From an uncultured Actinomycetota bacterium (lineage in GTDB: Bacteria; Actinomycetota; UBA4738; HRBIN12): a DNA stretch of 64,000 nucleotides. Each line of letters opens with the position of its first letter. Within the stretch, counting starts at the first letter, position 1. Both the position numbers and the translations under genes were made by a program. Positions 1 through 9,419 of this stretch are shown here, one piece after another. The notes beneath the pieces are model-generated. The model ran no database searches. It worked only from the letters and a program-made list of their open reading frames with translations, and was not told the DNA's origin. Location: contig CAVTTD010000031.1 of NCBI GenBank assembly GCA_963737525.1, positions 4,380 through 68,379 on the forward strand, written 5' to 3'.

Positions 1-735
1 ACGCTCGCGACCTTGATGGGCATCGCGGGCGAGACCGAGGAGCTCCTCCTCGGCACCGGTGTGATCCCGATGCCCGCGAGGACGGCCCGGCTCGCCGCGA
101 TGGCGGCCGCGACCGTCCAGGAGCGATCCGGGGGCCGGCTGGTCCTAGGGGTCGGGACCGGCCCGTCGGCGCCGGGGGCGCTCGAGCGGCTCCGCACCTA
201 CGTCGAGGAGATCCGCGAACTGGTCGGCGGGAGCGCCCCCGGCGCCGCCCTCAGGCTCCCGCTCCCGGCTCCCGTCCCGATCTGGATCGCGGCGCTCGGT
301 CCGAAGGCGGTGCGCCTCGCCGGCGAGATCGCCGACGGCGTGATCCTCAACTGGTGCACGCCGGAGCGCGTCGCGGAGGCCCGCGACGCGATCCGGGTCG
401 CGGCCGGCGAAGCCGGCCGCGACCCCGACTCCGTCACGATCGCCGTCTACGTCCGCGCGTCCTTCTCGGGACGCGCGGACGAAGCGCTGCTCAAGGCCGC
501 CTCCGAGTACGGGTCCTACCCGGCCTACGCCCGGCAGTTCGAGGCGATGGGGGTGGAGCCGATCGCCGAGGCGATCGTGGAGGCGGTGTGCCTCCGGGGT
601 GACCCCGAGCGAGCGAGGGAGCGCCTCGAGGCCTATCGAACGGCCGGCGCCGACCTGCCGGTCGTCTACCCGGTCCTGGCTCCCGGCGAGGGCCGCGAGG
701 CGGCCCTCGCCGTGCTCCGAACGTTCTCGTCCTGA
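1..735 (+). CDS. LLM-class (luciferase-like) flavin/F420-dependent oxidoreductase, 5' end cut by window edge
   Basis: ORF 13..735 stays open back to nt 1 in the same frame. GRLVLGVGTG and IWIAALGPKAVRLAGEIADGVILNW blocks are typical of the luciferase-like oxidoreductase fold. Stop at 733-735. Confidence 0.75.
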   Translation, partial: TLATLMGIAGETEELLLGTGVIPMPARTARLAAMAAATVQERSGGRLVLGVGTGPSAPGALERLRTYVEEIRELVGGSAPGAALRLPLPAPVPIWIAALGPKAVRLAGEIADGVILNWCTPERVAEARDAIRVAAGEAGRDPDSVTIAVYVRASFSGRADEALLKAASEYGSYPAYARQFEAMGVEPIAEAIVEAVCLRGDPERARERLEAYRTAGADLPVVYPVLAPGEGREAALAVLRTFSS

Positions 736-807
736 CGCATCGCCGGAGCCGGCGAGGGCGGTAGACTCCGTTCGCAAGGTCGACACCGTGGAAAAGGGGT
801 AAATGGC

Positions 808-1135
808 ATGACCTACACGATCGCGGAGCCGTGTATCGACGTGAAGGACCGCGGGTGCGTCGACGAATGCCCGGTCGACTGCATCTACGAGGGACCTCGG
901 ATGCTCTACATCCACCCCGACGAGTGCGTCGATTGCGGTGCGTGCGAGCCCGTCTGCCCGGTGACGGCCATCTTCTACGAGGACGACGTCCCCGCCGAGT
1001 GGAAGCAGTTCAACGCGATCAACGCGGAGTGGTTCAGCGACGAGATCAGCGGCGTCGGCTCCCCGGGAGGGGCCGCGCAGGTCGGGACCCGCTTCGAAGG
1101 ACCACCCGATCGTCGAGGCCTGGGCGGCTCTCTAG
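808..1135 (+). CDS. fdxA: 7Fe ferredoxin (FdxA type), probable 1-nt frameshift near 3' end
   Basis: ORF 808..1299. It starts MTYTIAEPCIDVKDRGCVDECPVDCIY and carries CVDCGACEPVCP, the classic 3Fe-4S plus 4Fe-4S ferredoxin pattern. After SPGGAAQVG the listed frame becomes Arg/Gly-rich and runs 168 nt into the convergent kinase gene. The +1 frame instead reads PASKDHPIVEAWAAL-stop (TAG 1133-1135). Removing one G from GGG 1084-1086 restores that reading, so the 3' end is inferred. Confidence 0.8.
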
Positions 1136-4032
1136 CTCCCGTTCTCGGTCGTCGATCCGCCCGGCGTCGCCGGGTGCACCTTGGGAAGGAAGACGCGGAA
1201 CGACGCGCCGCCTCCCTCGCGCTCCTCCATCCACGCGCGCCCGTGATGCATCTCCGCGAAGCGGCGAACGAGCGTGAGTCCGATCCCCACGCCCGGTGAG
1301 GGGTGCGGAGCGGTCCCCTGACGGAACTCCTCGAAGATCTTCTCTCGGAGATCCGGAGGCACTCCCTCTCCCTCGTCCTCCACGGTGATCATCACGCCGG
1401 CCTCGGACCCGGTGACGAACACGCGAACGGGGGTGCCCGCCGGCGTGTGCTTGATCGCGTTCACGAGCAGGTTCTCCACGATCCGCTCCACCTTCGGCGG
1501 ATCGACGGGGACGATGACGGAGTCGGCCGTGACCTCGACCTGACGACCCGACGGATCGGTCTCCGCGACCATCCGTCGCGCGAGCTCGCCCACGTCGGTC
1601 GGCTCGAACGTCGGCGTCAGCACGCCTCGCGCGAGCCGATCGAGGTCGAGCAGGTTCGTGACCAATCGCTCGAGCCGTCGAGCGTTGTGCTCGATCCGGC
1701 CGGCGAGCTGCCTCGTCTCCTCGGGCTCCAAGCCGACGTCTCCACGCTCGAGCGTGATCGCCATGCCGAGGATCGCCGCCAACGGTGTCCGGAGATCGTG
1801 GGAGACGGCCTGGAGGAACGTGTCCTTCATCTCGTCGAGCGTTCGCAAACGTGCCGCCGCCTCGCGCTCGACCTCGAGGGCCCGCTCCAGGTCCTCTTGG
1901 GCCCGCTTCCGTTCGCTGATGTCCCGGATGAACCCCGAGAAGACGGTCTCCTCGCCGACGGCCACGGGGACGATCGAGAGCTCCACCGGGATCAGGCGAC
2001 CGTCTCGTCGGAGCGCCTGGATCTCGATCCTCGAGTTCAGGACCGATCCCTCGCCCGTCTCGTGCCAGCTTTGGAGCCCTTCGCTATGGGCGGCGCGGTG
2101 CGCGTGCGGGACGATCGTCTCCACGAGCGAGCGGCCGATCGCTTCCTCGGCACTCCACCCGAAGGTCGTCTCCGCCTGCGGGTTCCAGCCGATGATCAGG
2201 CCGTCCATGTCCATGCTGACGACGGCGTCGAGCGCGGTGTCCACCATCAGCCGCAGATGCTCGTGCGCGTCCTGGAGCCGTCGCTCGGCCTCCTTCCGAC
2301 CCGTGATGTCCAGCTGGAACCCTTGCCAGTACGGAGTTCCCTCCCGGGGACGGATGAGCCTCGCCTCGTCGAGGACCCAGACCACGCGGCCGTCCTTCCG
2401 GACGATCCGGTACTCCTCGGAGAAGAGGTCGGAGCCGTCCGTGTTGCTCGCGACGTCGGCCGCGAGCACGCGCTCACGATCGTCGTCGTGCACCAGCTGT
2501 CGCCAGAGCTCGGGGTCCGCCGCGGTCGCCTGTCGCGGGTAGCCGGTCAGCTCCTCGTCGCCGGGTCCGACGTACGTCGTGATGGCTCGGGTCGGATCGT
2601 TCGGATCGATCTCCTGGACGTAGAAGACGGCCGGGTTCTGCTCGACCATCGTCCGGAACCTCAGCTCCGCTTCACGCAGTCGTTCCTCCGCCTTCCGGCG
2701 AGAGCTCACATCGGTGAGGAATCCGAGGAAGTAGTCGAGGTTCCCGTCCTCGTCCAGGACGGCGGTGGAGATGTCGTGGACCCACACCCAATGGCCGTGG
2801 GCGTGGCGCATGCGGTACTCGTGGTCGAACTTCTCGAAGTCCGAGTTGTTGAACGCGTCGATCGCCCGTAGGTGCTGCAGATCGTCGGGGTGCATGCGCT
2901 CGAACCAGAACTGAGGACGATCGATGAACCGCTGGGGCGGATACCCGAGGATGTCTTCGATCTGAGGACTGACGAAGCCCATCACCGTGAGCCCGTCCTC
3001 GCCGACGTGGTCCGTGTACGTGACGGCCGGGATGAGCTCCACCATCGCTCGGTACCGAGCCTCGGCGAGGCGCAGGCGTCCCTCGGTCTCCATCTGCTCG
3101 CTGACGTCCACCATGAACCCCTGCCAGTACTTGATCTGGCCGTGCTCGTCGTGGACCGGGCGCGCCTTGTCGCGGACCCACACCCAGCGGCCGTCGGTCG
3201 TTCGCATGCGGTAGACCTGGTCGAATCCCGTGCCGGTTCCGAACGCGACGCCGTTCGCGGCCTGGACCCGCTCGACGTCGTCGGGATGGACGGTTCCCCA
3301 CCACCAGGTCCGGTCCTCCACGGGGCGCTCCGGCGGATAGCCGAGGAGATCCTCGATCTGGGGACTGATGAAAGTGATCCTGCCGCCTTCGGGATGGTGG
3401 GTCTCCGTGTACGTCACGGCGGGGTTCTGGCCGACGAGCTGTTCGTACCGGGCCTCCGCCTCGAGCCGGCGACCCTCCGAGCGCTGTCGCTGCACCGCCG
3501 CTCCGAGCATTCCGGCCACGGCGCGGAGCGAGTCGAGCTCGTGTCGCGACCATTCCCGTTCCTGGAAGCAGTCGTCGAACCCGACGAACGCCCACCACGC
3601 CCCGTCCACGAAGACCGGGAACGCGGCGATCGACACGATCTCCTGTTCGATGAGCTCCTTGCGCTCCTGCTCCGGGAGTTCACGGACGTTCCCGTAGATC
3701 GTCTCGCGCTCCGACATCACCTCGACCCATCGGGAGAATCCCGTCTCCGTGAGGGACGCTCCCTGGAGCGTCGGGTTGGCGAACTGGGAGGTCACGCCCG
3801 GCGCACACCACTCCGAGTGCTGGGTGGCGAGGTATCCGTCGTCGCCGGTTCGGTCGACGCGGATGAGGTAGGCCCTGCTGACGTCCGCGGCGATGCCGAG
3901 ATGCGTCAGCACATCGTCGATCGCGTCCCTCCAGTCGGCGGCCAGGAGCAGTCGCTCGGCCGAGAAGGCGACCGCCGGGAGCATCGCATCGCCCCCGAGC
4001 GACTGCTCTTGCTGTTGCATCGATCGAGCCAC
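1132..4032 (-). CDS. Soluble multi-sensor histidine kinase (GAF, four PAS/PAC repeats, HisKA, HATPase_c)
   Basis: ORF 1132..4032, 966 aa. It has an N-terminal GAF-like region and four repeats with recurring EYRMR..DG.WVWV.D and W.G...D(I/V)(T/S).RK blocks. The H-box is FLQAVSHDLRTPL and the ATPase boxes are NLLVNAIKHTP, VEDEGEGV and GVGIGLTLV. No hydrophobic TM segment and no adjacent response regulator. Confidence 0.9.
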   Translation of the reverse strand: MARSMQQQEQSLGGDAMLPAVAFSAERLLLAADWRDAIDDVLTHLGIAADVSRAYLIRVDRTGDDGYLATQHSEWCAPGVTSQFANPTLQGASLTETGFSRWVEVMSERETIYGNVRELPEQERKELIEQEIVSIAAFPVFVDGAWWAFVGFDDCFQEREWSRHELDSLRAVAGMLGAAVQRQRSEGRRLEAEARYEQLVGQNPAVTYTETHHPEGGRITFISPQIEDLLGYPPERPVEDRTWWWGTVHPDDVERVQAANGVAFGTGTGFDQVYRMRTTDGRWVWVRDKARPVHDEHGQIKYWQGFMVDVSEQMETEGRLRLAEARYRAMVELIPAVTYTDHVGEDGLTVMGFVSPQIEDILGYPPQRFIDRPQFWFERMHPDDLQHLRAIDAFNNSDFEKFDHEYRMRHAHGHWVWVHDISTAVLDEDGNLDYFLGFLTDVSSRRKAEERLREAELRFRTMVEQNPAVFYVQEIDPNDPTRAITTYVGPGDEELTGYPRQATAADPELWRQLVHDDDRERVLAADVASNTDGSDLFSEEYRIVRKDGRVVWVLDEARLIRPREGTPYWQGFQLDITGRKEAERRLQDAHEHLRLMVDTALDAVVSMDMDGLIIGWNPQAETTFGWSAEEAIGRSLVETIVPHAHRAAHSEGLQSWHETGEGSVLNSRIEIQALRRDGRLIPVELSIVPVAVGEETVFSGFIRDISERKRAQEDLERALEVEREAAARLRTLDEMKDTFLQAVSHDLRTPLAAILGMAITLERGDVGLEPEETRQLAGRIEHNARRLERLVTNLLDLDRLARGVLTPTFEPTDVGELARRMVAETDPSGRQVEVTADSVIVPVDPPKVERIVENLLVNAIKHTPAGTPVRVFVTGSEAGVMITVEDEGEGVPPDLREKIFEEFRQGTAPHPSPGVGIGLTLVRRFAEMHHGRAWMEEREGGGASFRVFLPKVHPATPGGSTTENGS

Positions 4033-4129
4033 GTGCGTCCCTTTCGGCGCCGGCCAGCCGGAGCCACCGTCTTGAGCCTCTGGGGATGTATCGGCGCGGC
4101 GACGGCTACATAGAGTCCCCTGGTTGGGG

Positions 4130-4150
4130 CCCGAACCCGGCCCGTTCGGG
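4130..4150 (-). terminator. Candidate stem-loop downstream of the FrhB-like gene
   Basis: A 7-bp GC-rich stem, CCCGAAC (4130-4136) pairing with GTTCGGG (4144-4150), with a 7-nt loop. It lies 5 nt past the stop at 4155-4157 on the minus strand. There is no U-tract, which is common in high-GC genomes. Confidence 0.35.
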
Positions 4151-4154
4151 GGGC

Positions 4155-5288
4155 TCAGGCGTGGTCAGGAAGGACCGGAAGGACGCCCGGCGTGGACCCG
4201 GCGACCGGTGCCTCGTCGCGGGATGGCCAGCGCTCGCGCGACCTGGCTGCCAGCTTGAACATCAGGTCGACCGCCTTCGGGTCCTCGGCCCCCGGGCGAT
4301 GCTCGATCACGCCGTCGGCCGTCGCCCGATCCCAGATGTCCTGCCCCCGCTCGGTGCGCACGATCGAGAGCGTCCACCCCTCGGATTGCCCGAGTCCGCC
4401 GAAGGAGATGTCGGCGTGCTCGGCGGCGAAGTCGGGGCAATGCAGGCAGCCGGGCCTCGTGAACCGCTGGGCCTCCTTCAGCGAGTAGATGACCTCGTCG
4501 CCGGCGTCCGTGTAGAAGAGCAACTTCCCTTTGACGTTCACCCGGACGAGGTGATCGAGGTCCAACCCGAGCTCCTTCTGAGCGATCTCGACCATCAGGC
4601 CGTCGTACGTGAAGGACTTCGAGCAGAGGAGTCCGAAGGTCCAGGCGATCTTCCTCCGCCATTTGTTCACGCGCCGGGCCTCCAGCGCCCCCGTCACGCT
4701 GGATTGGCAGCCCATGCCCACGAGGGCGACCTTCGAGAGGCCCATCTCGGCCGCCTTCAGGAGCGCGAGCGGGTTCGCGGAGTACGTGTAGCGGGAGCCC
4801 GCGGTCGCGAGGACGCCTTCGGCGTCCGTGACGACCGTGGGCTCCGCGTCCCACGCGCGTTCGTCGGAGAGCTTCGAGGTCAAGGCCCCGTCGATCTCGC
4901 CGTTCCGCAGGCCCCAGAGCAGCAGCGCGGAGACGGCGCCGCCGTCCTGTCCCTGCATCAGCGACTCCTGGTCGGTCGCCCTCGCGAGGTAGATGTCGCG
5001 ATACTGCCCGATGATCTCCTCGGGCTTGCGGGTCTGACCGAAGAACAGCTCGTCGATCTCCGACTCCCACTCCCGGAACCTGGGACAGGCGCGCGTGCAG
5101 ATGTCGCAGCCCTTGTCGCCGTGCGTGCACACGTCGGGGCCGTTCTCCATGAGCTGGACCGGCACGTCGTTCTCGTACCCGAGCACGTGGAACGGGCAGG
5201 CGACGATGCACGACGTACAGCCGGTGCACATGCCCGTGAGGACGACCTCGTGATACAGGTCCCGCCACTGGGTCTTCTCGACGGCCAC
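4155..5288 (-). CDS. FrhB/FdhB-family protein (coenzyme F420 hydrogenase/dehydrogenase beta-subunit-like, two 4Fe-4S clusters)
   Basis: ORF 4155..5456. It has cluster motifs [12 protein letters not shown] and [16 protein letters not shown] followed by a long FrhB-type C-terminal domain. Start is placed at GTG 5286-5288 (VAVEKTQW) because the 56 upstream codons are Arg/Ser/Pro-rich filler. Confidence 0.7.
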   Translation of the reverse strand: MAVEKTQWRDLYHEVVLTGMCTGCTSCIVACPFHVLGYENDVPVQLMENGPDVCTHGDKGCDICTRACPRFREWESEIDELFFGQTRKPEEIIGQYRDIYLARATDQESLMQGQDGGAVSALLLWGLRNGEIDGALTSKLSDERAWDAEPTVVTDAEGVLATAGSRYTYSANPLALLKAAEMGLSKVALVGMGCQSSVTGALEARRVNKWRRKIAWTFGLLCSKSFTYDGLMVEIAQKELGLDLDHLVRVNVKGKLLFYTDAGDEVIYSLKEAQRFTRPGCLHCPDFAAEHADISFGGLGQSEGWTLSIVRTERGQDIWDRATADGVIEHRPGAEDPKAVDLMFKLAARSRERWPSRDEAPVAGSTPGVLPVLPDHA

Positions 5289-5409
5289 GCCGGCAGTGTA
5301 GTTCTCCCATCGCCGCGGAGGTGAAAGCCGGGGGTGCCGCCCGGCCGTAGTACCTTCTCGAGTCCGGAGACCCGAAGACCCGGAGATCCCACGAGACACG
5401 GGAGGGAAG

Positions 5410-5785
5410 ATGCACCGACGGTGGATGCGCATGCTGGGGGCCCTGTTCGCGCTCACGCTGCTCGCGGCGGCCTGTGGAGGGGACGAGACGCCGCCGGCGA
5501 ACGGCGGCGGGAGCCCCAGCGAGAGTGCGCGGTTCGGGTGGAGGGGCCGACCTCACGATCGTGGACTTCGCGTTCTCACCGACCGAGCTCACCGTGACCG
5601 AGGGGCAGACGATCTCGATCAGCAACACCGGCGACGTTTCGCACACGTTCACGACCGATGACGGCGCGATCGATCAGACGATCAGCCCCGGCGAGACGGT
5701 GGACGTGACACTGACCGGCGTCACGACGGGCGGGTTCCACTGCCGATTCCACACGCAGATGACCGGAACGCTCACGGTCGGCTAG
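5410..5785 (+). CDS. Lipoprotein cupredoxin (type-1 blue copper protein), frameshifted
   Basis: ORF 5410..5661 supplies a signal peptide plus lipobox ([10 protein letters not shown]). ORF 5474..5785 supplies the cupredoxin domain, with His in DVSHTF and Cys-x2-His-x2-Met in [11 protein letters not shown]. The two frames must be joined by a 1-nt shift around 5520-5545. Confidence 0.65.
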
Positions 5786-5829
5786 CGGGTCGACGAGTCC
5801 GGAGGCTCCGTCGGGTTTCCGAGGAGCCT

Positions 5830-5883
5830 GGATAGACCCCGGATCGGGCCTGATCGAGCCTGGATCGAGCCTAGATCGAGAAG
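5830..5883. repeat. Short tandem repeat, 4-5 copies of a 10-11-nt unit (GGATCGAGCCT)
   Basis: The copies read ggatagacccc / ggatcgggcct / gatcgagcct / ggatcgagcct / agatcgagaag. The array sits between convergent genes, and its last copy covers the iscA stop codon (5871-5873). Confidence 0.6.
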
Positions 5884-6227
5884 GAGTCGCCGCAGGCGCA
5901 CTCGTGGGTCGCCTGCGGGTTGATCATCTTGAGCCCGCCACCCAGGAGCGCGTCGTTGAACTCGAGCGTGGAGCCGCGAACGATCGGGCTGCTCTTCGGG
6001 TCGACGAGGACGCGGACGCCGTCCGCGGCCTCGATCACCGCGTCGTCGTCGTCGGGACCGTCGGCGAACGACAGCTCGTAGGTGAAGCCGGAGCAGCCGC
6101 CGGCGGTCACACGGACGCGGAGGACCGGCAGCGCGCGACCCTCCTTGAGGGCGAGCGCGGCGATCCTGCGCGCGGCCTTGTCGGTGACCGCGATGACCTC
6201 GGTGACGGGAGCGTCCATCTCCCTCAC
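5871..6227 (-). CDS. A-type iron-sulfur cluster insertion/carrier protein (HesB/IscA/ErpA family)
   Basis: 118 aa, with the RVRVTAGGCSGFTYELSF block and a C-terminal CACGDSFSI (Cys-x-Cys). An alternative start is MDAPV at 6218. Confidence 0.85.
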   Translation of the reverse strand: MREMDAPVTEVIAVTDKAARRIAALALKEGRALPVLRVRVTAGGCSGFTYELSFADGPDDDDAVIEAADGVRVLVDPKSSPIVRGSTLEFNDALLGGGLKMINPQATHECACGDSFSI

Positions 6228-6230
6228 AGG

Positions 6231-7601
6231 CTACCCGACCTGTTCGTCGATGCCGAGCAGGGCGCTCTTCACGGACTCAGAGAAGGTGGGATAGGCGTGG
6301 ATCGCGCGGGCGACGGCCGGAGCCCTCGTCCGCGCGAACATCAGGCCGACCACCTGGTGGATGAGCGCTCCCGCCTCCTCGCCCACGATGTGCCCGCCAA
6401 CGAGCTCGCCGGTTCCTCGCTGCGCGATGAGCTTCACGAGGCCGCCGGCCTTACCCTCGATGTGCGATCGTTCGTTGTCCTCGAACGACACGACCGACGT
6501 GATGACGTCGAGGCCGTCGTCTCGCGCCTGCCGTTCGGTGAGCCCGACGCTCGCCACCTCGGGATCGCAGAACGTGACCCGCGGCACGACGCGATAGTCC
6601 CGCCGCTCCGGGTGGCCCAGGACGTCCTTGACGACGAGCTCGGCCTCGTAGGTGCCGACATGGGTGAAGAGCAGGTCACCGGTGGCGTCGCCGGCGACCC
6701 AGACATCGGGGTTCGTGGTGCGGAGCGTGTCGGTCAGCACCGGTTTGCCGTCGCCGTCCACCTCGACGCCGGCCGCGTCGAGGTCGTGCGGGTCGAACAT
6801 CGGTCGTCGTCCGGTCGCAACCAACACCTCGTCCGCGACGACGGGACCCTCGCCGCGCACGGCCAGGGTCCACCCGGTCCCATCGTGATCGGCGCGCTCG
6901 ATCTCCGCGCCCGAGCGCAGGTCGATCCCGTCGCGCTCCAGCGAGGGGACGAGTGAGGCGGCGGCCTCTTCATCCTCTTGGGGGAGGAGGTGGGGAAGCG
7001 CCTCCAGGGCCGTCACGCGCGAGCCGAATCGAGCGTAGATCTGCGCGAACTCGATCCCGACGGCGCCGGTGCCGATCACGGCGAGCGAGCCGGGGGGCGA
7101 GTCGGGTCCCCAGATGGCCTCTCGATTCGTCCAGAAGGGGCCATCCGCCAGGCCGGGGATCGAGGGCGCGGCGGCCTCCGTGCCGGTGGTGAGGACGACC
7201 TTGTCCGCTTCGATCGGCGTGCCGTCCGCGCGCTCCACGCGATGCTCGCCGAGGAGCCGAGCTTCCTCCAGGAAGACGCGGACCCCCACGCGTTCGAACG
7301 GTTCCGTGCCCTCGCCCGACTGGGACTCGATGACGTCCCGAGCCCGTTGCTGTACCGCCTTGAAGTCCACCTCGACCTCGGGGATCCGCACGCCGAAGCG
7401 GTGGCCGTTTCTGGCGAGCGCGGCGATCTTCGCCGATCGGAGCATCACCTTCGTGGGGACGCAGCCGTAGTGGTTGCACTCCCCGCCGAGCTTGTCCCGT
7501 TCCGCGAGCGCCACCTTCAGGCCGGACGTCCGCGCGAGCGAGAAGGCGACCTCGGATCCCGTGCCGCCGCCGCCGATCACGAAGACGTCGAACCGCTCCA
7601 T
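6231..7601 (-). CDS. FAD-dependent pyridine nucleotide-disulfide oxidoreductase (dihydrolipoyl dehydrogenase / mycothione reductase family)
   Basis: ORF 6231..7652, with the start taken at ATG 7601 (MERFDVFVIGGGGTGS). It has a redox-active CNHYGC pair, a second dinucleotide fold VIGTGAVGIE, and a C-terminal HAYPTFSE motif. Subfamily cannot be set without a search. Confidence 0.8.
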   Translation of the reverse strand: MERFDVFVIGGGGTGSEVAFSLARTSGLKVALAERDKLGGECNHYGCVPTKVMLRSAKIAALARNGHRFGVRIPEVEVDFKAVQQRARDVIESQSGEGTEPFERVGVRVFLEEARLLGEHRVERADGTPIEADKVVLTTGTEAAAPSIPGLADGPFWTNREAIWGPDSPPGSLAVIGTGAVGIEFAQIYARFGSRVTALEALPHLLPQEDEEAAASLVPSLERDGIDLRSGAEIERADHDGTGWTLAVRGEGPVVADEVLVATGRRPMFDPHDLDAAGVEVDGDGKPVLTDTLRTTNPDVWVAGDATGDLLFTHVGTYEAELVVKDVLGHPERRDYRVVPRVTFCDPEVASVGLTERQARDDGLDVITSVVSFEDNERSHIEGKAGGLVKLIAQRGTGELVGGHIVGEEAGALIHQVVGLMFARTRAPAVARAIHAYPTFSESVKSALLGIDEQVG

Positions 7602-7614
7602 CCCGACCTCGGCC

Positions 7615-8765
7615 TCAGCGCGTTCCCAGGAAGCCGACGAAGGTCCGCGCATACGCTCGCGCCGCCGCCACCATCTCGTCGACGCCGATCGACTCGTTCG
7701 CGGTATGGGCGAGGGAGAGCGAACCCGGCCCCGCGATCACCGTGGGGATGTGCGCGTCGTTGATGTAGAAGCGAGCGTCGGTGATGCCGGTGAAACCGAC
7801 GAACGGGGGTGGCGAACCCGCTTCGGCCGCGATCGCGTCGCGAACGGCCGACGCGATCGCCGAGTCGCCGGTCGTCTCCGCCGCCTCCGTCCACTCCCTC
7901 AGCGAGATCTCGATGCGGGTGTCGGGGCGCTCCGCGACGAGGTCCTCGACCAGCCGGCGGAACGGGGCGAGCACCTCGTCGGGGTCCTCCTCGCCGGGGA
8001 CGATCCGGCGGTCGATCTCCACCTCGCAGCGGTCGGGAACGACGTTGGGCGCGCTCCCTCCGGTCACCAGCGCGACGTTCACGGTGGGTGCCCCGACGAG
8101 CGGATGGATCCGGTCGGGCAGGGCCTCCCCGAGGCGGAGCAGGAACCGCGACATCGTCAGGATCGCGTTGACGCCGAGGTGCGGCTGGGAGCCGTGGGCG
8201 GCCTTCCCGTGCGCAACCGCGGTGACCCAGGCGCCGCCCCGTTCCGCCAGGGCGATCTCCATCTCGGACGGCTCGCCCACGATGGCCGCGTCCTGGTCGA
8301 GGAGGCCCTGGTCGCGCAGGACCCTGGTCCCGTGGGTCCCGGCGAGCTCCTCGTCGGCGACCAGATGCAGGTCGAGCGTTCCGGCGAGCGAAAGGTCGGC
8401 GCGGCGGAGCGCCGCGACGGCCCCGAGCGCCGATGCGATCGGTCCTTTCATGTCGCACGCGCCGCGGCCCACGAGCCGTCCGTCGACCACCGCACCCTCG
8501 AAGGGACCGCTGGACCACGTGGAGGGGTCGCCCGCGGGCACGGTATCCAGGTGCCCGTTCCACGCGAGGTGCGGGCGCTCGCCCGAACCGATCCTCGCCA
8601 CGACGCTGGGGCGCCCCTCTTCGGAGCGGACGATCGGATCTCCGCTCCGAGCTCGGTGAGGAAGCCCGAGGCGACATCCGCGGCCTCGTCCTCGGTGCCC
8701 CCCGGGTTCTCCGAGGGTGCCGCGATCAGCGCTCGTGCGTAGCGGAGCACCTCCTCGGGGTCGGA
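7615..8765 (-). CDS. M20-family metallopeptidase/deacylase (ArgE/DapE-like), frameshifted, start unresolved
   Basis: ORF 7615..8601 gives the C-terminal 328 aa (HLDTVPAGD, GRGACDMKG, ADEE). The N-terminal SDPEEVLRYARALIAAPSENPGG...FLTELGAEI lies in the frame of ORF 8448..8975. The junction is near 8633, where a deletion in an AA run is inferred. No convincing start codon or RBS was found between 8750 and 8790. Confidence 0.7.
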
Positions 8766-8835
8766 CGGCGGCGGCCGCCGCGTCGGCCGCCGCGCCGACG
8801 AGGTGCCGCGCCGCCCTCGCCTACCATGGCTGCGG

Positions 8836-9419
8836 ATGCTACACACGCCCTCCCTCGAGGAAGCCCTGCGCTCCGCGCTCGATCCGGCGCCGGCGCACGC
8901 GCCGGCGCCGGGCGACCGCCTCGCCGCCGTCTTGGCGCCGGTCGTCGAGTCGCCGGAGCCGTCCCTGATCTTCACGGTCCGCTCCGACGCGCTCTCGCGT
9001 CACCCCGGGGAGGTGTCGTTCCCCGGCGGGCTCGTCGACGAGGGGGAGTCGCTCGCAGACGCCGCGCGCCGGGAGGCGTTCGAGGAGATCGGCCTCGATC
9101 CGTCGCTGCCGCGATTGGTCGGGGCGCTGCCTGCGGTGCACACCTACGTCTCGGCGATCCTCGTGGTTCCCTTCGTCGGGTTGCTCGGGTCGTTCCCGGA
9201 CCTGTTCGCAGCGGAGGCCGAGATCAAGGAGATCATCCGCGTGGACTCGCGCGTCTCGCCACTCTCGAGGAGCCGATGGAGCTCCCTCGGGCGGACGGCG
9301 CCACGTGGAGAGGCTGGGCATACCCGGTCGATGACCACAAGATCTGGGGCGCGACCGGGCTGATGGTTCATTCCCTCCTCGAGGTCCTCAGGATGGAGGC
9401 GCCGTGGGCCTTGAGTTGA
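8836..9419 (+). CDS. NUDIX hydrolase, CoA pyrophosphatase subtype, frameshifted
   Basis: ORF 8803..9363 carries the CoA-type signature LIFTVRSDALSRHPGEVSFPGG and the Nudix box GGLVDEGESLADAARREAFEEIGL. The C-terminus (LARLATLEEPMELPRADGATWRGWAYPVDDHKIWGATG...) lies in the frame of ORF 8433..9419. The junction is at about 9246 (GACTC where GACCTC is expected). An alternative start is GTG 8803. Confidence 0.7.

Noticed and set aside
1303-4113. Long plus-strand ORFs (1303..2871, 522 aa; 2872..4113, 413 aa) opposite the histidine kinase.
   Set aside because: They are typical high-GC antisense shadow ORFs: Arg/Gly/Pro/Asp/His-rich, with no recognisable motifs. The minus strand encodes a fully motif-supported kinase.
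5830-5883. Possible CRISPR array or minisatellite.
   Set aside because: The units are only 10-11 nt and directly abutting, with no spacers and no cas genes. It is reported as a simple tandem repeat instead.
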